64,000 nt of DNA. It comes from a virus. Its lineage: Duplodnaviria; Caudoviricetes. Positions 37,905-47,141 of this stretch are shown here, piece after piece; the first letter of the stretch is position 1; the number at the start of each line of letters is the position of its first letter. Under the pieces are notes generated by a model. That model did no database searches and was not told the DNA's origin. It saw only the letters and a program-made list of their open reading frames with translations. The translations under genes and the position numbers were made by a program. Where the stretch lies: IMG/VR virus record IMGVR_UViG_2863283106_000001, positions 48,519 to 112,518 of that record; one strand, 5' to 3'.

Positions 37905-38273
37905 TTACCCTCCGGTGCTGCCGCCGGTGGAGCCGGGGCACTCCGGATCGAAGATGTTGCACGGGGTGCCGACGGACGGTGTCGGCGTCGGGTCCGGGGC
38001 GGTCGGCTTCGCGGTGGGCTGCGTGCTCGGCGACGGGGTAGCGGGCGCGGTCGGCGCCGGGGTGGTCGGTGCCGGGGTGGTCGGTGCGGGGCCCGGGTCG
38101 CGGGTGTAGCCGGGGCCCTTCACGAGGATCAGCGCCATGGCGGCCGCGGCGAGAACACCGACGACCAGCCACACGGCCGCGGCGGTCCAGAGCACGGCGC
38201 CGGCCCATCGGGGGAGGCGGGGCTTGCAGTCGCCGTTCTTGCAGGCGGCAGTGCAGGTGAGCGGGGCAGACAC
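37905..38273 (-). CDS. Membrane-anchored Pro/Thr-rich protein
   Basis: TM helix then PAPTT repeats, CNIFDPEC; CGCGAC promoter 38309-38339. Confidence 0.7.
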   Translation of the reverse strand: MSAPLTCTAACKNGDCKPRLPRWAGAVLWTAAAVWLVVGVLAAAAMALILVKGPGYTRDPGPAPTTPAPTTPAPTAPATPSPSTQPTAKPTAPDPTPTPSVGTPCNIFDPECPGSTGGSTGG

Positions 38274-38344
38274 AGGGGGTCCTTCCGTACGGGGTACTGG
38301 AAGGGCGGACCGTGCCCGGCCCGGACGGCTTACGTCGCGTCGTG

Positions 38345-38692
38345 TCACTTCGCTGAGCGGACCGGGGGCGCCTTCACCGCGGGCGCGGCCGGAACCTTCG
38401 GCGCGGCCGGGGCTGGCGCCTTCGGCTGCGTCCGGGCAGGCTTGCGCGCGCTGCTGTCGGGATTGCTGCCGCCGGGGACCACTCCGGGCCCGTACGGCTT
38501 GCACGTCACCGGGTCCACGGTGCCCGCGAGGGCCGGAGCGCACCGGCCGGGGCTGCTGTCCTTGCTGGGGGCGCGGGTGGCGTCGGCGGCCAGGAAGGCG
38601 ACGCACAGCACCAGGGCGAGCACGACACAGCCGATGCTGAACGAGATGAACAGACGGAACTGGCGGTCGTCCCGGGGGAGGTTGGTCTTCAC
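38345..38692 (-). CDS. Membrane-anchored Pro/Lys-rich protein
   Basis: TM helix, C...DPVTC, PKAP repeats; CGCGAC motif 38728-38758. Confidence 0.65.
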   Translation of the reverse strand: MKTNLPRDDRQFRLFISFSIGCVVLALVLCVAFLAADATRAPSKDSSPGRCAPALAGTVDPVTCKPYGPGVVPGGSNPDSSARKPARTQPKAPAPAAPKVPAAPAVKAPPVRSAK

Positions 38693-38849
38693 TGCGTGGC
38701 CTTCCAGGCGGAGGGATGAGGCCACGCAGGCTCGAGGGGCGGACGGTCTTACGTCGCGCGCTGCCGCTCAGGATCGCTCAGGGCGGGCGACGGGCGACCG
38801 GGGCAGGGGGAATGGGCCCCGCCGGGCGTAGGCGGGGCCACAGGGCCGC

Positions 38850-39287
38850 TCAGGCGGCCTGCTGGACGTCTCCCGGCTCGAGGGTGGCGCTCTTCCCCGC
38901 CGGGGCGTCGGGGACGGCGCCGGGGGCGTGCTTGAGTGCCATACGGGCGGCGACCAGATCGGCGCCCGTGGTCCCCTCCTTCTTGCAGCGCTCCCACCAC
39001 CCATGGCACTGCACGGTGGCGGTCGCCTTGCGCAGCTCCTCGAGGAGTTTGTCGAACTCGGCGGCGTCGTCCTCCGGCCAGCCGTCCGTGGCGGGGCGGC
39101 CGGGGTGCTGCCGTCCCCGTTCCGTCTCCTCCGGCCATCCGTCGTGGGGCTCACGGGACCAGGGGAGTCGGGCCTGCAGCGCGTGCAGCTTGGCGTACAG
39201 CTCGGCGGCCGTGCGCTGGGCGGCGACCAGGTCGTTGGGGAAGGCGTGCGGGTTGAACGGGGCCGGGGCCGGGTCGGGGGTGGTCAT
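38850..39287 (-). CDS. Hypothetical protein (leaderless, TAGGCT -10)
   Basis: FPNDLVAAQ...LPWSREP..GW...WW...ARMALKH. Confidence 0.7.
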   Translation of the reverse strand: MTTPDPAPAPFNPHAFPNDLVAAQRTAAELYAKLHALQARLPWSREPHDGWPEETERGRQHPGRPATDGWPEDDAAEFDKLLEELRKATATVQCHGWWERCKKEGTTGADLVAARMALKHAPGAVPDAPAGKSATLEPGDVQQAA

Positions 39288-39297
39288 GCTTTCGAGC

Positions 39298-40512
39298 CTA
39301 GTTCGAGCCGGCGGCCGCGCCCTGCTCCACGCGGGGTGAGGTTCGACGCTCGCCAGTCCGCCCGGCGTGCTCGGCGTCCTGGTCCACACGCACCGCGAGC
39401 CGCGGGCCGTCCTCCGACCGCTCGGCGTCCTCGAGGACCTCCGCCCACCAGGCGTAGCGATCGGGCCGGATCGGGTGCTCCGTCGCCTGGTAGAACGCCA
39501 CGGCGCCGTTGATCCGGACGGGCCGCAGCAGCCCGAGCACATCCCCCAGCGCGGCAACGGCCCGCTCGGCGCGATGCCGGGCGACGTCTTCGCCGGCTTC
39601 GGCTTCACCGCAGCGGGCCGCGTACCGGTCGCGCTCGCGCTTCGCGTCGGCCCACTGCCGGTTGCGGAGGCGGAGCTGGGCCCACAGGTTCTGTACCTGT
39701 GTCGGGTCCCCTCCCAGGGCGCGCACCGCGGTTCGCAGGGTGCGCAGCTCCCCCTCAGCGAGCTTCGCCCGGAGCTGCCACCCGTCGCGCTGCCGGGTGA
39801 GCTGGGCGCAGTCCACCAGGATGCCGACGCTCGGCGCGCCTGCGCCACGGATGACGCGGAGCGCTTCGGCGGCGTGGTCGCGGCCGCACATCGCGCAGTC
39901 CTCCCGCTCGCTCGGGTCGGTCGCCTCGCGGTGCTCCTCGGCTTCCTGCAGCACCTGGCACACGCGGGCGGTGACCGTCTGGAACTCGACGAGGGCGGAC
40001 CCGTGCTCGCACTCCGGGCCGGTCGCGCGTTCCTGGCGTTCGGCGGCCGCGCGGGTCGCCCACTGGTGCGCCTCTCGGGCGTGGTCGATCAGCGTGGGCC
40101 ACGGGGTGTCAGGGTGGACGTCCAGGGCTTCGGCCAGGGCCCGGCGGCGCATGGTGTCGGCCCCCTCCTCCTGGAGGGCCTTCTGCTGCCACGTGGTGGC
40201 GGCGCCCACGGCGATACGGACCGCGTCGGTGCTGCCCTTGGGGGCGGGCCTGGCGTTGGCGCGCTGTTCGGCCTCGCGTATGGCGGCGTCCGCGGCCTCA
40301 CGGTGCCGGGCAAGGCGCCGGTTCGTCTTGGCCAAGCTCTTGCCGGTCTTCACCCCCAGACGGACCTCCTCGCGGACGTGGGCGGCCAGGACGGCGGCCT
40401 GCTCCGGGGTGAGGGTCCCGGCCTCGAGGCGGGGCAGCAGGTCGTCGAACGCGGCGCGCCGTGCCTCGCGTTCGTGGCGCTGCGGTGTGGTGCGGGAGTG
40501 GCGGCGGGGCAT
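39298..40512 (-). CDS. Coiled-coil hypothetical protein
   Basis: RBS GAGGAG; Ala/Arg/Glu-rich helices. Confidence 0.7.
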   Translation of the reverse strand: MPRRHSRTTPQRHEREARRAAFDDLLPRLEAGTLTPEQAAVLAAHVREEVRLGVKTGKSLAKTNRRLARHREAADAAIREAEQRANARPAPKGSTDAVRIAVGAATTWQQKALQEEGADTMRRRALAEALDVHPDTPWPTLIDHAREAHQWATRAAAERQERATGPECEHGSALVEFQTVTARVCQVLQEAEEHREATDPSEREDCAMCGRDHAAEALRVIRGAGAPSVGILVDCAQLTRQRDGWQLRAKLAEGELRTLRTAVRALGGDPTQVQNLWAQLRLRNRQWADAKRERDRYAARCGEAEAGEDVARHRAERAVAALGDVLGLLRPVRINGAVAFYQATEHPIRPDRYAWWAEVLEDAERSEDGPRLAVRVDQDAEHAGRTGERRTSPRVEQGAAAGSN

Positions 40513-40665
40513 GTGCTCGGCTCCTCGTGCACGGGCGGCGGGGCCCGGCGGGAAGTCCGGGCACGGCAAGGAACGGGCGCGGCGGCCGATCTGTTACAGC
40601 GGCCGCGGGAACGACGGAGCGCCCGGCCTCCGCGGGGTGCGGGGCCGGGCGCTCCAGGGGGCCGG

Positions 40666-41988
40666 TCAGGCGGCCGGGGTGTAGTCGTCGGTGCTGTGGA
40701 CCAGTTCATTCATGCGGTAGAGCTGGCAGAGGTAGTCAGTGGCCAGCGTCTCTCCGTCGACGTTGAAGAACTGGGCGAGCAGCCGCGCTGCCATGAGCGG
40801 GGGGACGACGTCGGCGAGCTGCTGGAACACGCTCGTGCGGGAGCCTTGCGAGGGGTAGGAGGCGCGGAAGCCGACGAGGAGTGCGGCTTCGTTCTGGGTG
40901 AGGCGCAGGCCGTCAGAGACTCGCTTCCAGGTGCGGGCCTTGCCGGTGAGGCAGTTGGAGGGGCGATCGGCGGAGAACTCGTTGCCGCCCTTGGGGCGGC
41001 CGGTCTTCGGGTCGATGCCGCGCACGCCACGGGTGTTGATCTTCTCGCCCTCCTTCCAGCCAAGGGCCTGCGCCATCGTGGTCTGGGGGACGTTCTCGGT
41101 GGGCGTGGGCAGGTACGACAGGCGGCGGGAGGCGAGGAAGAACACCCGCTCGCGGCGAGAGGCGAGCCCGAACTGGGAGGCTTCGAGGATGCCGTGGGTG
41201 GTCCAGTACCACTCTCCCTCTTCCTGGCCGCCGCGCAGCTCTAGGCGGATGTCGTCGAGGATCTGCTGCGGCAGTCGGCTGGACTGCTCCATTGCGATGA
41301 ACTCCAGCGGCGCGCCCGCTGCCTGCATGCCGAACGCCCAGAACAGGAGTTCCGCCATGAGGCCGATGCGGGGGTCGGTGAGCGGGGCGAGTTGGGCGCG
41401 CAGTTCGTCCCAGGTGACGCCGGAGCGCGGGGCGTAGCCGTCGTGGTAGCCGAGTTCGTCGCAGGTGTCGCAGCCTTCGCACCAGTCATCCAGCTCGTTA
41501 CCGGGAAGGAATCCGCCCGCCTCGGAGGTCTGGGCGAGCACGCGGCACAGGGTGTTGATGTTGGCCTGGTCCTGCCCGGAGTGCTTCCCGGCAGGGGAGA
41601 AGGAGGGGCACGGCGGGGAGACGATCAGGCCGCGGACGTGGCGCAGGGCGTAGTGCTCGGGGTCCAGGGTGGTGATGTCGGCGCAGATGCGGAAGTGCCC
41701 GGCGGCGCGGGCGGTGGCGCACGCGTCCTTGGAGATGTCGATGCCGACGGCGTCCACGGCGACGCCGAGAACCTTCGCGATGCCCTCGGACCAGCCCCCC
41801 GGGCCGGCGAACAGCTCCACCACGCGGATCGGGTCGCCGGGCAGCGGGTCGAGCAGCCAGCGGCCGGGGAAGGGGTCGGCGGCCGCGTCCAGGACGGCGA
41901 GGACCTTCGGGGGGATGGGCAGACCGGCCTTGCGGGCGAGGGTGGCGACGTGGACGGCGGTTGCGACCGCGGGGGGCAGGGTCCGCAT
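40666..41988 (-). CDS. DNA (cytosine-5) methyltransferase
   Basis: ELFAGPGG (I), SPPCPSFS (IV), MEQ (VI variant), SRRERVF (VIII), QQLADVVPP (X); no cognate restriction gene seen. Confidence 0.9.
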   Translation of the reverse strand: MRTLPPAVATAVHVATLARKAGLPIPPKVLAVLDAAADPFPGRWLLDPLPGDPIRVVELFAGPGGWSEGIAKVLGVAVDAVGIDISKDACATARAAGHFRICADITTLDPEHYALRHVRGLIVSPPCPSFSPAGKHSGQDQANINTLCRVLAQTSEAGGFLPGNELDDWCEGCDTCDELGYHDGYAPRSGVTWDELRAQLAPLTDPRIGLMAELLFWAFGMQAAGAPLEFIAMEQSSRLPQQILDDIRLELRGGQEEGEWYWTTHGILEASQFGLASRRERVFFLASRRLSYLPTPTENVPQTTMAQALGWKEGEKINTRGVRGIDPKTGRPKGGNEFSADRPSNCLTGKARTWKRVSDGLRLTQNEAALLVGFRASYPSQGSRTSVFQQLADVVPPLMAARLLAQFFNVDGETLATDYLCQLYRMNELVHSTDDYTPAA

Positions 41989-42062
41989 CTGGTGTTCCTC
42001 TCTTCGTGGTCCGCGCCGGTGGTGCTCTCCACCGACACCACGAATAGTACACCCAGGTAAAT
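41989..42062 (-). promoter_or_regulatory. ATTTACCTGGGTGTACTATT promoter + AGAGCA leader hairpin
   Basis: GTCGGTGG-AGAGCA-CCACCGGC then CCACGAAGAGAGGA. Confidence 0.78.
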
Positions 42063-42139
42063 CTCCTGTCCCTGGAACAGCGGAAACGCGCACTCCGATC
42101 GCCTAGGGTGCGCGTTTCTGCTGGTGGTTCGGCTGACAG

Positions 42140-42529
42140 TCAGCCGATCGCCGCGGCGTGCGCCTGACCCTCGAGGACCGCGGCCGCGGCCTCGACGTCG
42201 GCCCGCAGGTCCACCCCGCGGCGCTTGAGGTCCTCGAGCAGCTCCCCCGGCTCCGGGTCATCGCCCTGGTCCGCGGCGGCGACATGCTCGGCGAGCGCGG
42301 CCCGCAGGGTGAGCACCTCGGACTCGGCGGCCAGCAGCCGGCGCAGCAGCGACGGCAACGCGACACGGCAGTACCGGCCGAACGCCTCGGTGGTGTGGCC
42401 GCCGCGGAGGGTCTCCGCGTGGACTTCCGCAGCGTCAACGGCTCCAGCGAGCGACGACAGGGGGGCAGTGCCGGGGCGCAGCAGCGCGTCCAGTTCGGCG
42501 AGTAGCTCGGGCGTGGCAGGGGTCAGCAC
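42140..42529 (-). CDS. Hypothetical protein
   Basis: RBS GGAG; GTG start. Confidence 0.6.
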   Translation of the reverse strand: MLTPATPELLAELDALLRPGTAPLSSLAGAVDAAEVHAETLRGGHTTEAFGRYCRVALPSLLRRLLAAESEVLTLRAALAEHVAAADQGDDPEPGELLEDLKRRGVDLRADVEAAAAVLEGQAHAAAIG

Positions 42530-42596
42530 AGGAGGCTCCAGAGACGGGCAGGAAGGGCGCCCGGGGCCGATACGGGCCCCGGGCGCAGGGATGGGG

Positions 42597-42749
42597 TCAG
42601 ACCACTTCGTTGCCGACGGTGGGCGGCTCGGCGTGGTCCTCCGGCTCGCAGTGCGTGCCATGCTCGGGGCAGCCGGCCGGCCGCTCGAAGCACGGGATCC
42701 GGCAGCTTCCGCAGGGGCAGGAACCGACGGTGCGCGGGACAGGGGCCAT
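42597..42749 (-). CDS. 50-aa Cys-rich protein
   Basis: Hand translation MAPVPRTVGSCPCGSCRIPCFERPAGCPEHGTHCE...; RBS AGGAAGGA. Confidence 0.5.
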   Translation of the reverse strand: MAPVPRTVGSCPCGSCRIPCFERPAGCPEHGTHCEPEDHAEPPTVGNEVV

Positions 42750-42777
42750 GGGTGTCCGGGTCCTTCCTGGGCGACGG

Positions 42778-43632
42778 TCAGCGGGCGAGCTGCGGGGCGA
42801 GGGAGACCAGGAGGTCCACGCCGACCCCGTGGACGTCGGCGGAGGCCGGGCTGGTGTCCCTCACCCGGGCGTACGGGTCAAGCGGCGGCGCGACGTACCC
42901 GTACGGGCCGCTGCCGGATCCGAACGCGACCCCGCCCTGCTCCGTCTGCTCGACGTCGACGCGCTGCGCCAGGAACGCGGCCACGCGGCGCTGCAGCCGG
43001 CCCCGCACGGCCTTCATCGGCCACGTCTTCGGGTCGGTCGGACGGGCGGGCAGGAAGTGCGCGACGGCCCGTTCCACGGCGCGCACGGGCCCCTCGATCT
43101 GCACATCGGCGACGGGGTTGGAGCCGTTCAGGGTGGCCGAGTAGCGGCAGCCGCTCGAGGACCAGGTGACGGTGGACGTGTTCCGCAGCAGTCCCCCACG
43201 CTCATAGGTGGCGGCACCCTGGGCGCGCATCGCGGCGCCGATCTCGTACAGCAGCGCCAGACGCGCGCGGGCCGGGTCGTCGTCCTCGTGGGCGCGGGCG
43301 GCGGCCTCGTCGTCGATGACGGGCAGCACCAGGCGCAGCACCTCGCGGGCGACCTTCGCGGGGGCGAGGGCGTGCAGCGTGAAGTCCGGCCGGTACGGCT
43401 CACGGCCGGGGAGCTGCCATCCGACCTCGGTTTCCCACGGGCGGGTCACCAGGATCACGGCGCGCTCCCCCTGCACGATGCGGGCGGCGGGGTGCCGGGC
43501 GGTCCACCACGGGGCGTAGGGCTCCACGGTCCAGGGCACGCCGGCGCGGGCGGGCAGCAGCGCGGCGACGTGCTCGGCGAGCGTCACGGCGGGGGAGTCG
43601 GGGCGGGCCGGGGCGGCGGTGGGCGGGGTCAT
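42778..43632 (-). CDS. Hypothetical protein, paralog of 43704-44531
   Basis: Shared AALLPAR.G..W, LR.VLP...EAAAR, GPV, G.DLL.S.A motifs. Confidence 0.75.
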   Translation of the reverse strand: MTPPTAAPARPDSPAVTLAEHVAALLPARAGVPWTVEPYAPWWTARHPAARIVQGERAVILVTRPWETEVGWQLPGREPYRPDFTLHALAPAKVAREVLRLVLPVIDDEAAARAHEDDDPARARLALLYEIGAAMRAQGAATYERGGLLRNTSTVTWSSSGCRYSATLNGSNPVADVQIEGPVRAVERAVAHFLPARPTDPKTWPMKAVRGRLQRRVAAFLAQRVDVEQTEQGGVAFGSGSGPYGYVAPPLDPYARVRDTSPASADVHGVGVDLLVSLAPQLAR

Positions 43633-43703
43633 GGCGTGCGGCCTTTCGAGCAAGGGCCGCACCCCCGGGCAGGGGCAGGAGGTGCGGCCGGGCGGGCGAG
43701 GGG

Positions 43704-44531
43704 TCAGACCAGGAGCGCGGCGACGGACAGCAGCAGGTCGGTGCCGATGGCGGAGAACTCGGCGACGACTCGGGTGGTGTCGTCCGCGGTCGCGTCCGGC
43801 GTGGGCTTTTCCGGGCGGGCGATGTACCCGGGGACGTCCCCGAGGCGGCCGAACTCGAGCTCGTCGACTCCCAGGGGCCGAAGCTGCGGGAACCGGGCCG
43901 TCAGATGCCGCGTGAGCGTGCCTTCGGCGTCCTGGGGGGCGTGCCCGTCGGCGGGGGGCAGCAGGACCGGCAGAACGGCGTACAGGCCGTGCACGGGCCC
44001 GTCGTAGGTGAGGGTGAGCTGACCGGCCAGGCCGTACACGGACAGGCCCCACTTCCCGCCGGCGGTGCCCTCCCACTCCAGGGCGGGCCCGGTCAGCGTG
44101 TCCTCGACGGCCGGGTGCGCGCCGTGGTCGATCAGCTCGAACCCGACTTCCGACAGGTCCGCGGCCTTCGCGGTGACGACTCCCTGCCACCCGTTCTCGT
44201 GGTGGACGCGGGCCGCGGCCTCCCTCTCCAGGCGGGGCAGCACGGTACGCAGGATCCGTCCGGCGAGCGTGGCGACGGGGTGCGGGGCGTCCTGGGCGAC
44301 GACGACGTCCGGGGTCACGGGGAACATGTCGGCGTCGTCGACGAACACCTCGATGCGGCCGCCGCTTTCGGCGATGATCAGCGCGCGGTGCCCGTTGGTG
44401 AGCCGGGACGTCGCGGCGTGGGGCCGGACGCAGTACGGGGCGGGGGTGACCTTCCACGCTTCACCGCGGCGGGCGGGCAGGAGAGCGGCGAGCGGCGCCG
44501 CGGTGGCGGCGTGGGCGATGGCAGTGATCAC
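43704..44531 (-). CDS. Hypothetical protein, paralog of 42778-43632
   Basis: As above; leader hairpin 44561-44583. Confidence 0.75.
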   Translation of the reverse strand: MITAIAHAATAAPLAALLPARRGEAWKVTPAPYCVRPHAATSRLTNGHRALIIAESGGRIEVFVDDADMFPVTPDVVVAQDAPHPVATLAGRILRTVLPRLEREAAARVHHENGWQGVVTAKAADLSEVGFELIDHGAHPAVEDTLTGPALEWEGTAGGKWGLSVYGLAGQLTLTYDGPVHGLYAVLPVLLPPADGHAPQDAEGTLTRHLTARFPQLRPLGVDELEFGRLGDVPGYIARPEKPTPDATADDTTRVVAEFSAIGTDLLLSVAALLV

Positions 44532-44734
44532 AGGGGGCGGTCCTTCGGTTCGTGGTCGGTCCGGCGCGGTGCTCTCCGGCCGGGCAAGGTGGCCATGCGG
44601 GTAGTGCTTGCGTCACGCCCCGGGGCGGCTCGAGGTCGTCCAGGCCCCGGGGCGCGACAGCCGAAAGCCGGCTCTCTCACCGGGTAGTACGCCGAACAGG
44701 CGCGCCTTGTGACGCGCCTGTTCGGCGTGGGGCC

Positions 44735-45616
44735 CTACCGGCGGCAGTCGAACAGCGCGGTGCAGCCGTCGGGGCAGGAGTGGACGTGTGTGGCGGCGAG
44801 GAGCAAGCGCACGTTGCTGGCGCCCTGGGCGCGGCGGGGGGTGCCGTTGTTGCCCTGGACCACCTCGGCGCGCAGCACCTTGCCGGAGCGCTTGCCGATC
44901 TGGATGGTGCCGAACGTGCCGTGCTTGCCGCCCGCGTTGAGGTGGATACGGCGCACACCGCGGTAGGTGCCCCCGTCGGTGAGGCGGAACCCCTCCTTCT
45001 CGGCGAGCTGGAGGGTGCTGACGGTGTATGGGGTGAGGCCGGTGAGGTCGAGCGGCGCCGGAGCGGCCGGGGCCGGGGCGACGCGGGCGGGGGCGGCGGG
45101 GGCGGCGGGGGCGGTCATGATGCGGTCGTAGGCGTCGTGCAGGTTCAGCGCGGTCTGCAGGCAGGCGGTCACGGCCTCCGTGCCGCGCGCGGCGTGCAGG
45201 GCGTCGTGCGCCTCGGCGAGCTGGGCGAGCACGGCCGCGGCGCGGGTCCGTCGGCCCACCCCGGCGGCGGTGAACGCCTTCACGGGCGGGGTCGGCATGG
45301 CGCGGCGGCTGAACGGCTCGAGCACGTACGCGGTGAAGTCGGCGGGCAAGCCCGTGCCCGGGGTCTCCTCCACCAGCCAACGGGCCTCCACTAGGGGCAT
45401 GCTTGCCTCGAACGGCAGCACGTTGGTGAGGGTGATGCCGTCGACGACGTCCGGCTCCTCAGCCTCGAACGCGGTGGCGGAGGCGTCCAGGAAGCCGGCG
45501 ATCTGCAGCAGGACCGCGGCGACGTCGGGGCGCTCGGTGGCGCGGGTGCGGACGACGTCGGCGATGGCGCGGGTACGGACGGCGCGCACGAGGTTGGGGT
45601 TGGTGGTCACGGCCAT
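44735..45616 (-). CDS. Hypothetical protein
   Basis: RBS GGAGA; C-terminal HSCPDGC. Confidence 0.7.
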   Translation of the reverse strand: MAVTTNPNLVRAVRTRAIADVVRTRATERPDVAAVLLQIAGFLDASATAFEAEEPDVVDGITLTNVLPFEASMPLVEARWLVEETPGTGLPADFTAYVLEPFSRRAMPTPPVKAFTAAGVGRRTRAAAVLAQLAEAHDALHAARGTEAVTACLQTALNLHDAYDRIMTAPAAPAAPARVAPAPAAPAPLDLTGLTPYTVSTLQLAEKEGFRLTDGGTYRGVRRIHLNAGGKHGTFGTIQIGKRSGKVLRAEVVQGNNGTPRRAQGASNVRLLLAATHVHSCPDGCTALFDCRR

Positions 45617-45686
45617 GGTGGGTGTCTCCGATCGGCGGGGAGGGGGCCGCGCCCCGGGGTCGGGGCGCGGCGGGGGTTGCGTCCGG

Positions 45687-46133
45687 TCAGGCGGCGGCGC
45701 GGGCGGGGGCCGGGCGGCCGAGGGCGAGCGCGGCGAGGAACGCGGCCACCTCGTCGTTCTTCGGCCGGTACCCGGTCAGGGCGACGGCGCGGATGTCCTC
45801 GCGGGTCCACAGGGCGGCGGGGACGACGCGGTGCCGCTTCTTGCGGGCGAGGTCGCCGGTGCGGGCGACGGTCAGGCCCTTCTTGCCCTTGCGCTTCTTC
45901 GTGGTGGTGCCCGCGCCCGGGATGCGGTCGGCGGCCTTCGCCTTCTTCGTGATGGTGGCCGCGTAGTTGTGGGCGACCAGCGGGGTGACGCCACCGGCGA
46001 TGAGGTGGGCGGAGGTGGCCGCGGGGCCGGCGTTCACGGCCTTCACGGCGGCGCGGATCTCGCGGGCGGTACGGGCGCGGTCGCGGAGTGCGGCGCGGCG
46101 GGGGTCGACCTTGTGGGTACGGGCAGAAGCCAT
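45687..46133 (-). CDS. Very basic Lys/Arg-rich protein (possible nucleic-acid binder)
   Basis: KKRKGKK, RKKRHR; promoter + leader hairpin 46134-46204. Confidence 0.75.
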   Translation of the reverse strand: MASARTHKVDPRRAALRDRARTAREIRAAVKAVNAGPAATSAHLIAGGVTPLVAHNYAATITKKAKAADRIPGAGTTTKKRKGKKGLTVARTGDLARKKRHRVVPAALWTREDIRAVALTGYRPKNDEVAAFLAALALGRPAPARAAA

Positions 46134-46204
46134 GGGGTGCTCCTCGGTTCGTGGTCGTTGGCGGTGCTCTCCACCAACACCACGAATAGTACACCCTCAC
46201 GAAT
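46134..46204 (-). promoter_or_regulatory. GGGTGTACTATT promoter + AGAGCA leader hairpin
   Basis: ATTCGTGAGGGTGTACTATTCGTGGT-GTTGGTGG-AGAGCA-CCGCCAAC-GACCACGAACCGAGGAG. Confidence 0.78.
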
Positions 46205-46310
46205 CTAGGGGGAAGCGGAACGGCAGAACCGGCCAGCGTTTCCGCAGATGGACACGCGCCCGACTCCGTCCGGGAGGGGCGGGTGCGTTCCCTTGGGGTC
46301 GCCGTTCCGG

Positions 46311-46547
46311 TCAGAACAGGGTGTCGGCGTCCGCGGCCGGGGGCGGGGCGGACCGGCTGGTGCGCGGCGCCCGGCGGCCGGTGGGCTCGTCCCCGAACAG
46401 GGCGTCGGTGCCGTAGGCGTCCGGCACGGCCAGCACGGGCCGCTTCACCTCGTCGGTGTCCACCAGGGCGAGCGGCGCGCCCTCGTCGAAGTCGGCGCGG
46501 CGCATGGCGGACCAGTCGCGGCCCTGGGGGCTGGTGGCAGTGCTCAT
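46311..46547 (-). CDS. Small hypothetical protein ending DTLF
   Basis: RBS AGGAGA. Confidence 0.65.
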   Translation of the reverse strand: MSTATSPQGRDWSAMRRADFDEGAPLALVDTDEVKRPVLAVPDAYGTDALFGDEPTGRRAPRTSRSAPPPAADADTLF

Positions 46548-46621
46548 GGGTCTCTCCTGTCTGGGGGCGGTGCGGGCGGCCGGGGCGCCGTGCGGGGCGC
46601 CCCGGTAGGGGTGGGGAGCTG

Positions 46622-47059
46622 TCAGGCGCGGGGGCGGGTGTCGGGGAGCTTGCCGACGGCGGCGGCCAGGCCGAGGCGGAACCACTCGGCGCGCGGGGAG
46701 TCCCACTCGGCGCGGACGAACTCCGGCAGCTCGAACCCGAGGTGTGTACGGGGCGCGCCCGGGTGCGGGTCGACCGGCTCGGGCTCCGGCTCGGCGACGG
46801 GCGCGGTGATGGCCTCCACGCACTCGCTGGTGAAGCGGCCGGGCCCCCACTCGTAATCGGCCCCCGGGCCCGTCAGCGCCCACACGGCCTGTCCGCCCGT
46901 CTGGAAGGCGTAGGCCAGTTCCCACGTGCGGCCGAGGTGCGTCACCTCGAACGTCCGGGCCTTGCCGGGCTTGAGGGTGGCGGTGAAGGGCACGCCGGCG
47001 TTCTCCAGGGCGGTGCGGAGCTGCTCGATGTGCTTCGCGGGGATGCGGGGCTTGGACAC
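46622..47059 (-). CDS. Hypothetical protein
   Basis: RBS AGAGAGG. Confidence 0.65.
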   Translation of the reverse strand: MSKPRIPAKHIEQLRTALENAGVPFTATLKPGKARTFEVTHLGRTWELAYAFQTGGQAVWALTGPGADYEWGPGRFTSECVEAITAPVAEPEPEPVDPHPGAPRTHLGFELPEFVRAEWDSPRAEWFRLGLAAAVGKLPDTRPRA

Positions 47060-47141
47060 GGGGGCCTCTCTGCAGTACGGGGGGAGGGGCCGGGGCGCGG
47101 CAGGGGCGCCCCGGCGGGTGGTCAGTGGTGGGCGGGCCGGC

